DNA of 64,000 nt, taken from NCBI GenBank assembly GCA_001724265.1, contig MEDY01000104.1:1-64000 (forward strand), written 5' to 3'. The first letter of the stretch is position 1. Every line of letters begins with the position of its first letter. The position numbers and the translations under genes are program-made. The notes under the pieces were generated by a model. It did no database searches and was not told the origin of the DNA. It saw only the letters and a program-made list of their open reading frames with translations. Below are positions 13,901 to 24,535 of this stretch, piece by piece. Source of the DNA: Rhizaria sp. SCN 62-66. Taxonomy: Eukaryota.

Positions 13901-14930
13901 GCATAAGCCCGCCGCCACGCCCGCTGCTACCAGTACTAAGCCTAAAGACACGTCTAAGAGCCCTGTCAAGCCGTCCGTTGTGAAGCCTGTCGCTGCAAAG
14001 CCTGCTGCTACAGCAACAACTCCTGCTAAGCCTGCTACTGCGAAACCGCAGCCTCCAACGAGTGCGAAGCCCGCCACTACCTCCTCGCGTCCCGGCTCTA
14101 GCTCTAGCTCTAGCTCTAGCTCTAGCTTCAGTTCCAATGCTGCTGCTCGTGAAAGCAGCGACGATAGCAAGGGCGACGATAAGAGCAAGAGCAGCAAGAG
14201 TGGCACTGATAAAGGGAAGGAAATGGATGACAAGACGAAAGCCAAATCAGGTTCTGTGACGGCTGCCGCCGCCGCTTTAAAGCCCAAGGCTAAGGAAAGT
14301 CCTTCAAAGCCTGCAGTCAGCGCTAGCGTCAGCGTCAAGACTGATAAGTCTGATAGGGCTGATAAGAGCGCCGCTAAGCCAGCCGCTGCGACTAAGCCGG
14401 TCGCCGCTGCTTCCGCTGCCGCTGCGACGAAGCCGGCCGCCGCTGCTTCTGCCAAGCCCGCTGCCGCTGTCACCACTGCTGCTGCTCAGCCTGTTGCTAA
14501 GTCTGATGCTAAGCCGAAGGCTGGGTCTAAGGTAGAGCCCGCGAAGCCCACTGCCAGCGCCAACAAGCGTGCCGAGGCTGCCAAGGTTCCCGAACCTGCT
14601 CCTGCTACGGTTCCTGCTCCTGCTAATGCTCATGTTCCTGCTGTTGTTGCGCCCGGTAAGGCCTCGGAGCCAGCGCCAGCAGCGGCGGCAGCGGCAGCGC
14701 AGCCAGAGGTCGAGGACGATTACCTTGATGATGCGTATGAATCACAGTTCGCACTGCCTGAGCCAGAGGCTGAGGCTGAGCCTGAGGCTCCTGTGACGGC
14801 GCCTGTTTCCGCCCCTGCCTTTGTCCCTGCCTTTGCGCCTGTTTCCGCTCCTGCACCTGTGGCGGCGCCGGCAGAGAGTGCTGAGGGTGGCGATGATGAC
14901 TACGAGGACGAGTTTGGCGACTTGGAGTAA
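9749..14930 (+). CDS. Uncharacterised large low-complexity/coiled-coil protein (~1660 aa); exons 9749-12946 and 13140-14930
   Basis: AT-rich intron 12947-13139 (GTACGC...TAG) joins LEVQ|RLRAEQ in frame. Contains poly-Q/N tracts, an E/R/A-rich helical region, a K/P/A-rich tail and an acidic end DDDYEDEFGDLE. Ends in TAA. No recognisable domain. Confidence 0.75.
10211..10300 (+). repeat. (AAC)n microsatellite encoding poly-Asn
   Basis: Two AAC runs separated by ATCAGCAGC, in frame in the 9749 gene. Confidence 0.95.
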
Positions 14931-15241
14931 GTTTCATAACTTGTTTTGTTTTGAAGTCGTCTTTGGACGAAAATGTACTTAAATTATCCAGAAATAACAT
15001 ATTTTATATTAACTATAGAATTTTACGTGTAATTAGCGAAATAATACGAATAAATACTTTATTTTATACCAATAACAATGATAACATCTCCTTCTGGCCA
15101 TCTTCAAGTACGTACGTAAAATAAAGAAAAACCCGTTCGTTTGTTGTCTACTCAGAGATTCGCTCACTGAGTCACGCATCAACCGACTGACGCACTCATA
15201 GATTGAGTAGCATATCCTCGCTCATTGACCGACACACGCAT

Positions 15242-17168
15242 TCACTTCTTAGCCTTGGTCGCGGCAGCGCCGGCGCCCGCGCCGCCGCCGCCGCCAAGAG
15301 TGTTGGCCATGCGGTCCAGCCGGTCTTGCTGCCTCAGCTTATCGATCACCTCACTCAGCCCGGCGCCCGAGAGGAAATCCTCCACCGAGTGGTACGAATA
15401 GTTGATCCGGTGGTCGGTGACGCGCGACTGGGGGAAGTTGAACGTGCGGATACGTTCTGAACGGTCACCAGTGCCGATTTGGGCCTGTTTGAGCTGGGCG
15501 TGTTCGCGGTGTTGGGCTTCGCGGCGAGCAGCGTAGATGCGAGAACGCAAAACGCTCATCGCACGCTCCTTGTTCTTGTGCTGGTTTCGTTCATCCTATC
15601 ATCGCGCATCGCAAAGCAACAACAAGAAAATGAGACAAGAGTGAGTTAAGAGTGAGTTGATTGTTGGTAAAAGAGATAGCGAAACACAAGGCAGATAGAA
15701 TACTGTGTGCATTCAAATAAAGCTTAAATGCAGCATATATTGAATGGATTTTGCTCTGTTTTTTCACGAACCTGGCACTGGACGACGGTGCCCGTGGGGA
15801 TGTGGGTGAGCCGGACTGCGGAATCCGTTGTATTGACGTGTTGCCCACCCGCGCCACGCGCACGGAACAGATCCACACGGATGTCCTGGTCGCGGATCTC
15901 GACGTCCACATCCTTGACTTGCGGGAGGACGGCGACGGTGACTGTGGATGTGTGCACGCGGCCCATCGTCTCGGTCACGGGGATACGTTGAACGCGGTGG
16001 ACGCCCGTCTCGAACTTGAGTTGGCCGAAGACACCGGTGCCTTGGAGGGAGGCAACGGCTTCGCGGTAGCCGTCGAGGTCGTTCTTCGTCAGCTCCATCA
16101 TCTATTGACCACAGTGAAAAACAAAGGAAACCCCAAAAGAGAGTGAAAGTGTGAGTTGAAGCTTGCTTTGAATGTACCTTGACGAAAGCTCCACAACACA
16201 CGTTTTTCGCGAAATAATTGTGAAATTGGCATAAAATGAATCAAAGATCGTTTGTTTTTAGCGGTGAATATAGCTCGTACCTGAAACTTCCACTTCTGCT
16301 GGCGTGCGAACTCCTCATACATATGGAACACTTCACGCGCAAACAGCGCCGCCTCGTCACCTCCAGTGCCCGCGCGCACCTCAAGCAGCGCGGAACGCTC
16401 ATCATCAACGTCCTTGGGGAGAACTTCATCGAGCAGAGATCCCTCGAGGTCACGGAGCTTCTCAGCGGCAGCGGCGAGGTCAGAGTCAGACTGTGCAATG
16501 AGCCCTTCCCAGGATGCCGCGGCCTCAGCGTCAGCTTCGGATAAGTCTGACGCTTGCGTCGAGGGGGGGACGAGGGCACGGAGCTCAGCCTCAGCCTCGG
16601 CCTTCATCGCCGTCGCGTCGGCAAGCTCGGCGCGGGCGGAGCACATCTCGTCCACGATGCCCGCCGCGGTCTACAGCCGCCCCATTTCACGCTGCAGGTC
16701 GACCATGGGCTTATCGGCGAGAGTGGGGTCAAAGGGGGCGACTAGGGCAGCGATGCGGGCGCGGGTTTCAGGCAGATTCGCAGTGTCCGGGTCCGATAGA
16801 AGCTCAGTAACGCGGTTAATGGTGTGGAAGAGCGCGTAGCTGCGGGTGCCGACTTCCCAGACCGTGGCGGGCACGTCACTCTCGTAGGCCACCGCGGAGT
16901 ACGGGAGCACAGCGCTCCACTTGGTCGGCACGGCGTCATCGATCACGGCCGGCTCCGGTGCGGCGGCGGCGGCAGCAGCGGCGCTAGTGCTCAGAAGACC
17001 GGCGCTAGAGTGAGACAGTGACAGCGGCAGGAGATTGCGAGTGTTGTTGCGGGTAAACAGTGAGGATGCAGAGGAGGTGAGTGCGCTGCTGGAGGTAGAG
17101 GGAGTCACAGCCGTGACTGCGCGGCGGCTGAGCGTGGGGGCGCGGGCGAAAAGCGCGCGGAAAGACAT
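15242..17168 (-). CDS. Nucleus-encoded organellar (probably mitochondrial) peptide chain release factor 1, ~523 aa; exons 17168-16281, 16101-15772, 15595-15242; in-frame TAG at 16671-16673
   Basis: R/S/L-rich, acid-free N-terminal presequence. Motifs [33 protein letters not shown] (PxT, RF1 type), GAGGQHVN (GGQ), [31 protein letters not shown]. Two phase-0 GT-AG introns restore the frame. Ends in TGA. Confidence 0.92.
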
Positions 17169-18927
17169 CTTACGGGCCACGAAAAGAGCGATTGTTTGGC
17201 GCGGAGTGGTCAGGTGTTACAGTGCTGCTAGAAAGAGGGAGGAGTGCAGTCAGGAGTGGGGTAGCGTTGGGATTAAAAGGCGTGGGGGGCGAGAGGAAAT
17301 TAGAAGTGAGCTATCACCGGTTAAACAAAGCTAAGTATAGAAAAAATAATATAAATTGTATCTAAGAAGCAAAATCTGCTGTAACAGTTATGTCGCGGAT
17401 CTAATGACGGAAGTTTGAACCTCATGCGCTTTCGATTTGCGGGTGTGCGCAGGGTAGGGTGGGCAGTCTGCAAGCATGACGTGACAGCTGCCTGCTTCGC
17501 GTCAAAATCTCAAAGTAAACGTGAATACAATGCAAAGCACGTTGATATGAGTAGTTGTTGAAGTGATATCGTAATATTAGTGAAAAGTGTATTGTTTATT
17601 CTCGTTTTCGGTGTTGTATCTCGACTTCACATCATATTGCCTCAACATTCACATGAAACAAACAAACCTCGCTTTCCTGTTTGTGACTGGGATACTTATC
17701 TTGATCGTCGCAGCGAGCGTTGTTATTGGTGAAGCGCTGATGTACGCACAGAGCCTGTTCACTGATTGTGAGTCGGCTTGAACTAGAGATATAAGAATGA
17801 AGACGTCGGAAAACAAAGTGGGACAAAGCTAGCGAAACCAGTGACAAACATCGATCAAAGCCTTAATTAAGTCATCAAAGCGTCGGCAATGTTATCGGTA
17901 AAGGAAGTGTACAGGGGCAAGAGACGTGGGAAACAGCGTGATCATACAATGAGTGGTTGTAATCACGGAGCAAGTGACACAGAGAGACAAATGATGAGAG
18001 AAGCAGTAGAAACAACAAACGAAAAAGACACGACAAAAAGACAAGACTTAGTCAAAGAGACGCAGGAAGAGAGTGACAGAAAGACTGAAAGACTGAAAAA
18101 ACAGCATATTATATAAGAACAAAACAAGCGAAAAATGTCTTAAACAAACAGTGAACAAATGCAGCAGGTCGCCAACCCTAAGGTTAGATTCGAGGTAATG
18201 GTGAAACATAGTCATATTACCACGGTGTGTCAACTGCATTTGCGCAGAGTTAGAGAAGCCACAAAGACCACTGGTGACAGCAAAGCCTAAAAAAGGCAAA
18301 GACAGACGTAAGTGCGAACTTATATATCACCATATCGTCATTATTCGACAAATTTTGCGAGTTTAACTTTACTTGTCATTGTCATATCGCGTTAAATCGT
18401 ATCATGCCTTACGTGCGTATGGATCGTATCTTATGTGTAAGGCAAATGATGATATAATCGCACTGAAGAACTAAGAAGTAGGTAGGAGTGAAAATTTAGT
18501 GAAGAGTCGTTGTAATATAAAAAGTCACTATCTTATATCATGAAGGGGGCTTAGTTATCAAGCAAAGCCCTGGCCCGTTTGTTGTTGATGTGTAAGTCAA
18601 ATCAAACCTAATCCAAGCACCCAAGGAAACGAAAAACAAAAACGAGAGAGCACTGTTAACAGATGAGGACAAAGAGCAGGAAAAAAAAAAAAGAAAAAAA
18701 ACATAAGCGATCTGTTGCATCGAGCGCAAAGGAAAAACATTGCAGCTGTTATATCTCATCATACATAACACCCAGTCCAAGCGCATCACTCGCACTGCCG
18801 CAAAATGTACAGCTCCGTAGTAGTCGTTCTTTGTTACTTTTTCTCATATCACAGTGCAAGCACGAGGCAAACGCACGCATCACCCACCCAAGCAAGAGTT
18901 AGATGTTATTGTTATTATTTTGCGAAC

Positions 18928-20625
18928 TCACATGACGGTGCAAGCGCAGCACCCACGGTCATCCGCGGCATCCCAATCACGCCCAAACTTGACCTGACAC
19001 GGGTTAATCACGTTCTTCTCATACCTCTTCCGCAGCTCCTTGATCGGCCGCGGGGCGTGCGGCACGTCCCAGACGTAGCGTGAGCTAGGCTTCTTCTTCT
19101 CCTTCTCGGGCTCTTGACTCGCGCCGTCACCCTTTTTGCTACGGCTGGTAGAGGTCTCCGGAGGAGGCGCGGGCTTACCGGCCTTGTGCGCAGCGATATA
19201 GGGCTCGAACGCCTCCTCCCAGGGCGTCAACCCAGCGTTTGACCGCATCTCGAAGTTTGGGACACCGGGCGGCAACTGCAGCAGCAGCCGCGCAATCTGC
19301 TTCCCCTCGCCCAGCCCCGCCGCCGCCGCGGCCTCCGCAGCGTCATCGTCATCGAACGAGTCGCCCTGTGCCTGAGCAGCCTGGCGGGCGCCTGCAATAA
19401 CAGCATCACGGGCGGCCGCGCGGGCCGTAGCGGCGGCGGCCAGCGCGGTGGCGTCCCCGTCGGCCGGCGTCTCCTCGCGCACCCACCCGCTCTGCTCAGC
19501 GTTGCGCGAGGCGAACGAGACTAAGTCATCGACCCACGTCTTGACGAGCTTGAGCTGGTTGAGCTTGACGGCGGCGTGCACGGCAGTGCGGCCCTCGAGG
19601 TCCTGTGCGTTGACATCGGCGCCCGCGCCGACGAGAAGAGGGATGAGGGACCGGTGTGAGCGCTCCACAGCGACGTGAACGAGCGACCGCCCCGTTTGAG
19701 GGTCGTGCATGCGGGCAAGCTGAGCCGCGGCGCCGATGCGGGGCGGGAGAGCACGGTCTGCAGCGGAGACGGAGGGCGCGGCGACGAACTCGTTGATGTA
19801 GGACAACATACCGAGGAGGTCAGGTCCGTCCTCGTCGGCGGCGTCGGCGGGCTCGTCGGGCAGCTTCCAGGGCTGCACGGGCTGCGGCTTCACGCGCGGG
19901 GGCAGGTACTGCGGCGGAATAACAAGGCTGTTGGCGGCGACGGGCACCTTGCGGGCGAGGGCGAGGGTTTGGACCACGACGGTCTCGCGGCCCATGAAGA
20001 CGGCGTGGAAAAACGCCGATGGGTCGAGCTGGGCGACGAGGGCGTCCGCCTTGGCCGCGGTCTCCGCGTCCACCTTCACAGGCACAGGCTCAGGGGCAGG
20101 GGCGGGGGCAGCGGCGGCGGCGGGGGCAGCTGCAGCTGGGGCAGCAGGCTCAGGAGCAGGGGCAGAGCTGGACTTGCGGGGCGGGGTTGAAGGAGCCTCG
20201 GCCTCGGGCTCAGAAGAGATGATGGAGACGGGAGCAGCAGTCGTCGTCGAAGCGGTCGTGTTCTCGTCATCGCTGTTGTCGTTGTTGATTTTCTTGGCGA
20301 CGTCAGCGTCCGTATTATCAGTGTTGCTTTCGTCCTTGCTTTCATTGCTGTCTTGATCAGCAGCAGCAGCAGCAGCAGCAGCGGCAGGGGTCGTCTCAGT
20401 CTCGGCCGGAGAGGCGGCAGCGTTATCGCTCGTCTGCAAGTCTGTAGAAGGGGCGTCAGCGCCGGTGTTGTCGTCGAGGGAAGCGACCGCAGTGACTGAG
20501 TTGTCTTCAGCGGCGGCAGTTGCATCAGCGGCAGCAGCGGAGTTGCTTGAGGCGGGCTCCGGCGGCGTCTGCTGGACACCAGACTCGTCGGGGACGGCCG
20601 CAGACGCGAGTGTTTCAGCGTCCAT
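18928..20625 (-). CDS. Ankyrin-repeat protein with C-terminal CaaX box (…GCCACTVM)
   Basis: GRSLVHVAVERSHRSLIPLLVGAGADVNAQDLEGRTAVHAAV is ankyrin-like. Acidic Ala/Pro-rich N-terminus. Ends CTVM-TGA. The ATG is directly preceded by a possible acceptor (ACGACAG), so an upstream exon may exist. Confidence 0.8.
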   Translation of the reverse strand: MDAETLASAAVPDESGVQQTPPEPASSNSAAAADATAAAEDNSVTAVASLDDNTGADAPSTDLQTSDNAAASPAETETTPAAAAAAAAADQDSNESKDESNTDNTDADVAKKINNDNSDDENTTASTTTAAPVSIISSEPEAEAPSTPPRKSSSAPAPEPAAPAAAAPAAAAAPAPAPEPVPVKVDAETAAKADALVAQLDPSAFFHAVFMGRETVVVQTLALARKVPVAANSLVIPPQYLPPRVKPQPVQPWKLPDEPADAADEDGPDLLGMLSYINEFVAAPSVSAADRALPPRIGAAAQLARMHDPQTGRSLVHVAVERSHRSLIPLLVGAGADVNAQDLEGRTAVHAAVKLNQLKLVKTWVDDLVSFASRNAEQSGWVREETPADGDATALAAAATARAAARDAVIAGARQAAQAQGDSFDDDDAAEAAAAAGLGEGKQIARLLLQLPPGVPNFEMRSNAGLTPWEEAFEPYIAAHKAGKPAPPPETSTSRSKKGDGASQEPEKEKKKPSSRYVWDVPHAPRPIKELRKRYEKNVINPCQVKFGRDWDAADDRGCCACTVM

Positions 20626-21287
20626 CTGTCGTGAATAAGAGTGAAATCAAGAAACAAAAAGGTTAGCGTGGGGGGAAAAGCATAGTCGGGCGTCAAGGTA
20701 CGTAGAAACGAGCGCAAAGAAGCTTGCCATCTCCTTGCATCTCGGCAAAAGTTTAGCGGATACCAGCACCCCAGAGAATACGGGTTTCAGCATGTGCTCA
20801 ATTATATCACTTGCTAAACCCAAATTATTATTCCATCGTGCACCCAAAATAAGAAACCAACCACGCCGTGGAGTACGTATCTTTCGTTTCGGCTCCCGCC
20901 CCCGACAGCTTGTCCCCCTTTGGCTTCCGCCACAGCTCTCGACTCGCACCCAGTCAAAAGTCAGCATCACAATCGCAAAACGTGCATCTTCTCGGATATA
21001 TCCTACAAGAACGTGCTCAAACAAAACAAAATGTGAGTATGTGTTTTTTTCAATAATAAATAAGCTTTGTATTTACGAGACGCTAGCGTGGCCGGAGTTT
21101 ATCGCACATAAAACGCTGGTCTAAAAGAGTGTCACGTTCGCTCTCAAACTTAAAAAGTGTGAAAACAAACTCAGCAAAAGAGCATTTACGCTATAAAAAC
21201 CATATAAACCGCAAGAATTGTACTCTTGCAGTATAGTATGTCGGAATTGGCACTAAGAGTTGTTGATTTGTCTTGATAATAGAGTGC

Positions 21288-22002
21288 TCACTCGGAAGCA
21301 GGCTTGACCGCAGCAGGCACGCCAGCAACATCAGCAGCAGCAGCAGCACCAGCATCAGCACCAGCATCAGTGTTGCCGTCGACAGCGGAGTCCGCGAGGT
21401 TGGCGGGCAGTTTGACGGGCTTGACAGCGTCGAGCTCAGGACCGTAGCGCTTGAGATAGGTCTCCGTATCAGGGCCAGAGGAAAGCATGCTTGTTGGGTA
21501 AGGGGAGGAAACAAAGAGTACAAAACAGATGATATGTCGATGAGATGACAAGATATAGAAATAAAATAGTGTTTTCGTTGAATAAATTCATGTTTCTACA
21601 TCAATATAAAGAGAAATCTCTTATGGCAAGCAATAACATCCTCTTTTGTGATATAAAAAGCACGTACATCTCCTTAGTGACGTGAGCAACGATCGAGTTG
21701 GGCAGCGAGAGCATATCACGCATATTCTGCCGCATAGAAAACCCCTTGCCAAATTCCCATCCCAGCACACCGGCACCAAAGCTGCCAAGCGTCCACATGA
21801 GCCTCTTGTTGTTCATAAGCGCCGCGCGAGTGTAAGCGGCGAAACCGACGCCCAAACCGAGCGAGCCAGCTGTGGCGTAGCCAAGCGTGCGGAGCATGCA
21901 CGAGCGCGTGACGCCGTGCTCTTCGGGGGAGAGGGCGTACTTGTGGCTCTGGCACCAAAAGTCGAGCTTCGACAGAACCGTCGATTCGGAGAACAGCGGC
22001 AT
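21288..22002 (-). CDS. Small two-helix membrane protein, possibly OCIA-domain-like (~178 aa); exons 22002-21668 and 21489-21288
   Basis: AT-rich phase-2 intron (GTACGT...AAG) joins TKE-I-MLSSGP in frame. Two Gly-rich hydrophobic segments. LSPEE..C and GVLGWEFGK..MLSLPNS resemble OCIA motifs. Ends in TGA. Confidence 0.6.
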
Positions 22003-22509
22003 CGAAAGAGGCCTATGTCGGGGGAGCGTCGAATGAGAAGCAAATCGTGGTCAGAAATAGTTCGCTGTCGCAAGTAAAACTATGAAATTAGATTTGCCGG
22101 TAAGTGAAAGTGTAAAAAAATACGCCTTCACATACATTGCCACGTTACAGAACAATTGACGATCATATCATCACGATAGCTTCCTTCAAAGTTACCCTTC
22201 TCTTGTCGACCGACCCGACCTAACGCAACACGCCATCTGAAACTCGAGAACAGAAGATAGACGAATATGACAGCGAGACAGAGAGCCAGGACGCATAAAA
22301 GCACGACAGTGGTAGACTAGTAGCCAAAATAGATGCTTTATTATTGAAATAAGGTTGGTTTCATGTCATGAAACACGCGCGCGACAACACGCAAAGTGAA
22401 CAGTCTGCCGAGACGCCCGGAGATCGGCAAACAAAGAGAGAAGGAATGGGTCGGAAGTGAATCTATCGAATCACTGCCAAGATGTTAAGACGCCTTTAAA
22501 AAAAGCAAC

Positions 22510-23171
22510 TTAGATCTTGTTGAAGGCAGCAATCTCGACGGAGCCGACGCCGGGGAGCTCGGAGATGGTCTCCTCCATCCAGTCAGTGGAGACGAGGACG
22601 TTGCGGCCAGGGGGATGATCTGGTGCTCGCGGCCCCACTCGAGGCCCTCGCAGTTGACGCCGCCGTAGATGGACTGGGCGAGCTCGTCGAGGTCGACGTC
22701 AGTGTCCTCGGGCTTGATGTCGAAGATGACGGTGGACTGCTCCTTGGCGACGTTGGCGGCGGTCTTGGCGTCGTAGGCGGCCTTCTTGGCACGGGCAGCC
22801 TCCTCCTCGGTGTCGAGGTCGGAGGAGTCACTGGAGGAAGAGCCGGAGCTGGAGGACGAGGAAGAAGAGGAAGAGGAGGAGGAGGAAGCAACGACCTTCT
22901 TCTTGGGGGCAGCAGTGGCGGCAGCAACAGCAGCCTTGGCGTCAGCGGGGAGGGACGCGCGCTGGCAGAGGGGGATAGCAGCGCAGTAGCTGTACCAGCG
23001 GGCGATGTTGACGAAGGTGACAGCGTCGAAGTTGGCGGGGAGACGCTCGAAGACCTTGAAGTCGTTGAGGGTGACCTGGAAGCCATCGACGAAGGAGTTG
23101 TCGAGGAGGTGGTTGTTGAGGATGTTCAGGTTCGCGGGGGTCGCGAGGACGAGGTCCATGACGGAAACCAT
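22510..23171 (-). CDS. EEF1B: Translation elongation factor 1-beta/delta (eEF1B GEF subunit) with an apparent deletion and frameshift near 22605
   Basis: N-terminal LNNHLLDNSFVDGF…IARWY, then STVIFDIKP..TDVDLDEL…EGLEWG…IIPLA. The conserved end VSTDWMEE…VEIAAFNKI-TAA lies in another frame. Strong C/G-ending codon bias. Confidence 0.85.
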
Positions 23172-24535
23172 CTTTGGCTAGTCTATGGCACGTAAAATGC
23201 GCAAAAAGAATAGCAAATGGAAAAAGAGAAGGGCAACAGGCGAAATGAAGGCGGTTAGTGTCGCGTTCGGGAGAGACGAGGACAGAGATGAGGTCAGCCT
23301 ACGGCAGAGGTCCAATATGCGTCACAAACGCATGAACTGCCACAATGAATATAATACGAATAGTCTTCCCTGTGTTGTGATTCCAAAAATCATAACTAAA
23401 ATCACAGGTATGGCTCTGGTAAGGGAAAACAGACCGGGCAAAGATGATAGCCCCGATTTGCGGGGGGAGCTCGGCCCTTGCTTGATGCTCAGTCTCGGCT
23501 GAGAGAGAGAAATTCAAGCCGCCGCTCACAGTCTCTCAATTCAACTGCGAAACTCTCTTGTGGCTGTGCGTTTTCCTAGTGCTAGCGAGAAGCATATATG
23601 CGGAAATGGAATGAAATTGATGTAGGGAGGTTTTTATGTGTGGAATTTTTTGGTTTTATTATGGATACGTTTGGCTGGGGCTTTTGCGTGTCGTTAGAGT
23701 GATTTGAGTAGAAACCTAGAAACGCCTTCCTCTTGGCGATATCGTCACCTACGGACGTGTATCTCTGGTCAACGAATGCTCTAATTGAAGTTACCGTCCG
23801 GCAAGATACTGTGAGTGCAGAGACATGCTGCTCTCAAGTCGTTAGCGTCTTATGGTTCAATACTACGACGCTAGACCAGCCGAAAGATTGCTTTGAGGAC
23901 TCCGGCAAGCGATCACATTTGGGATCAAATTGAGCCAGCAACGACCATAACTTCGCTCTGTAGCAGCACAAGCAACAACATAGTCTGTATTCAACCGCAA
24001 TAAAGCATAGAAACGTGGTGGCACGTGTAGAAACCTGGGTGGACGACGTAATTTGTGACGAAATGACAGTTCTCGCCGATGGCAAGTCTCGCTGTGCACT
24101 CAGTAATATATCTGACCGAGGGAGAGTGTATTCGACGTGTCCTGGGGTCAGTAGTCGTCATTTTTTGTATTTCAAAATTGCGAATGGCTGTAAATGCCTA
24201 GCTCTGCTTTGTTTTAAATGTGCATTTTGGAACTGACGATGGAATGCGCGCGTAATTTGGTCCCGAAGGCAGAATGCATAGGAGGCTTCGTCACCTCCTC
24301 TTTCAAACCATTTCTCGTGCATTTTCGTCTGTTAAACCGTGCCCCCTTGCCAACTATTACCTTTTCCTTGAAACATCCTTGTTTTTAACACTCACATACG
24401 CTGTTTTTAATCTATTACACCTCACTCCTGACTCGCTGGTGCGCCTCAAAGCCGCCAAGTCCATCCTCTTTGGCAGGCGTCCCCCTTCGAGCCGCTTCTT
24501 TTCGAGTCCGCTCCGGCCGCCCTTGCTTCCCCCTC

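Noticed and set aside
17340-18920. Short ORFs in the AT-rich spacer, e.g. hydrophobic 17587-17781
   Set aside because: Composition fits the 3' UTR of the ankyrin gene and intergenic DNA; no host-like codon bias or motif.
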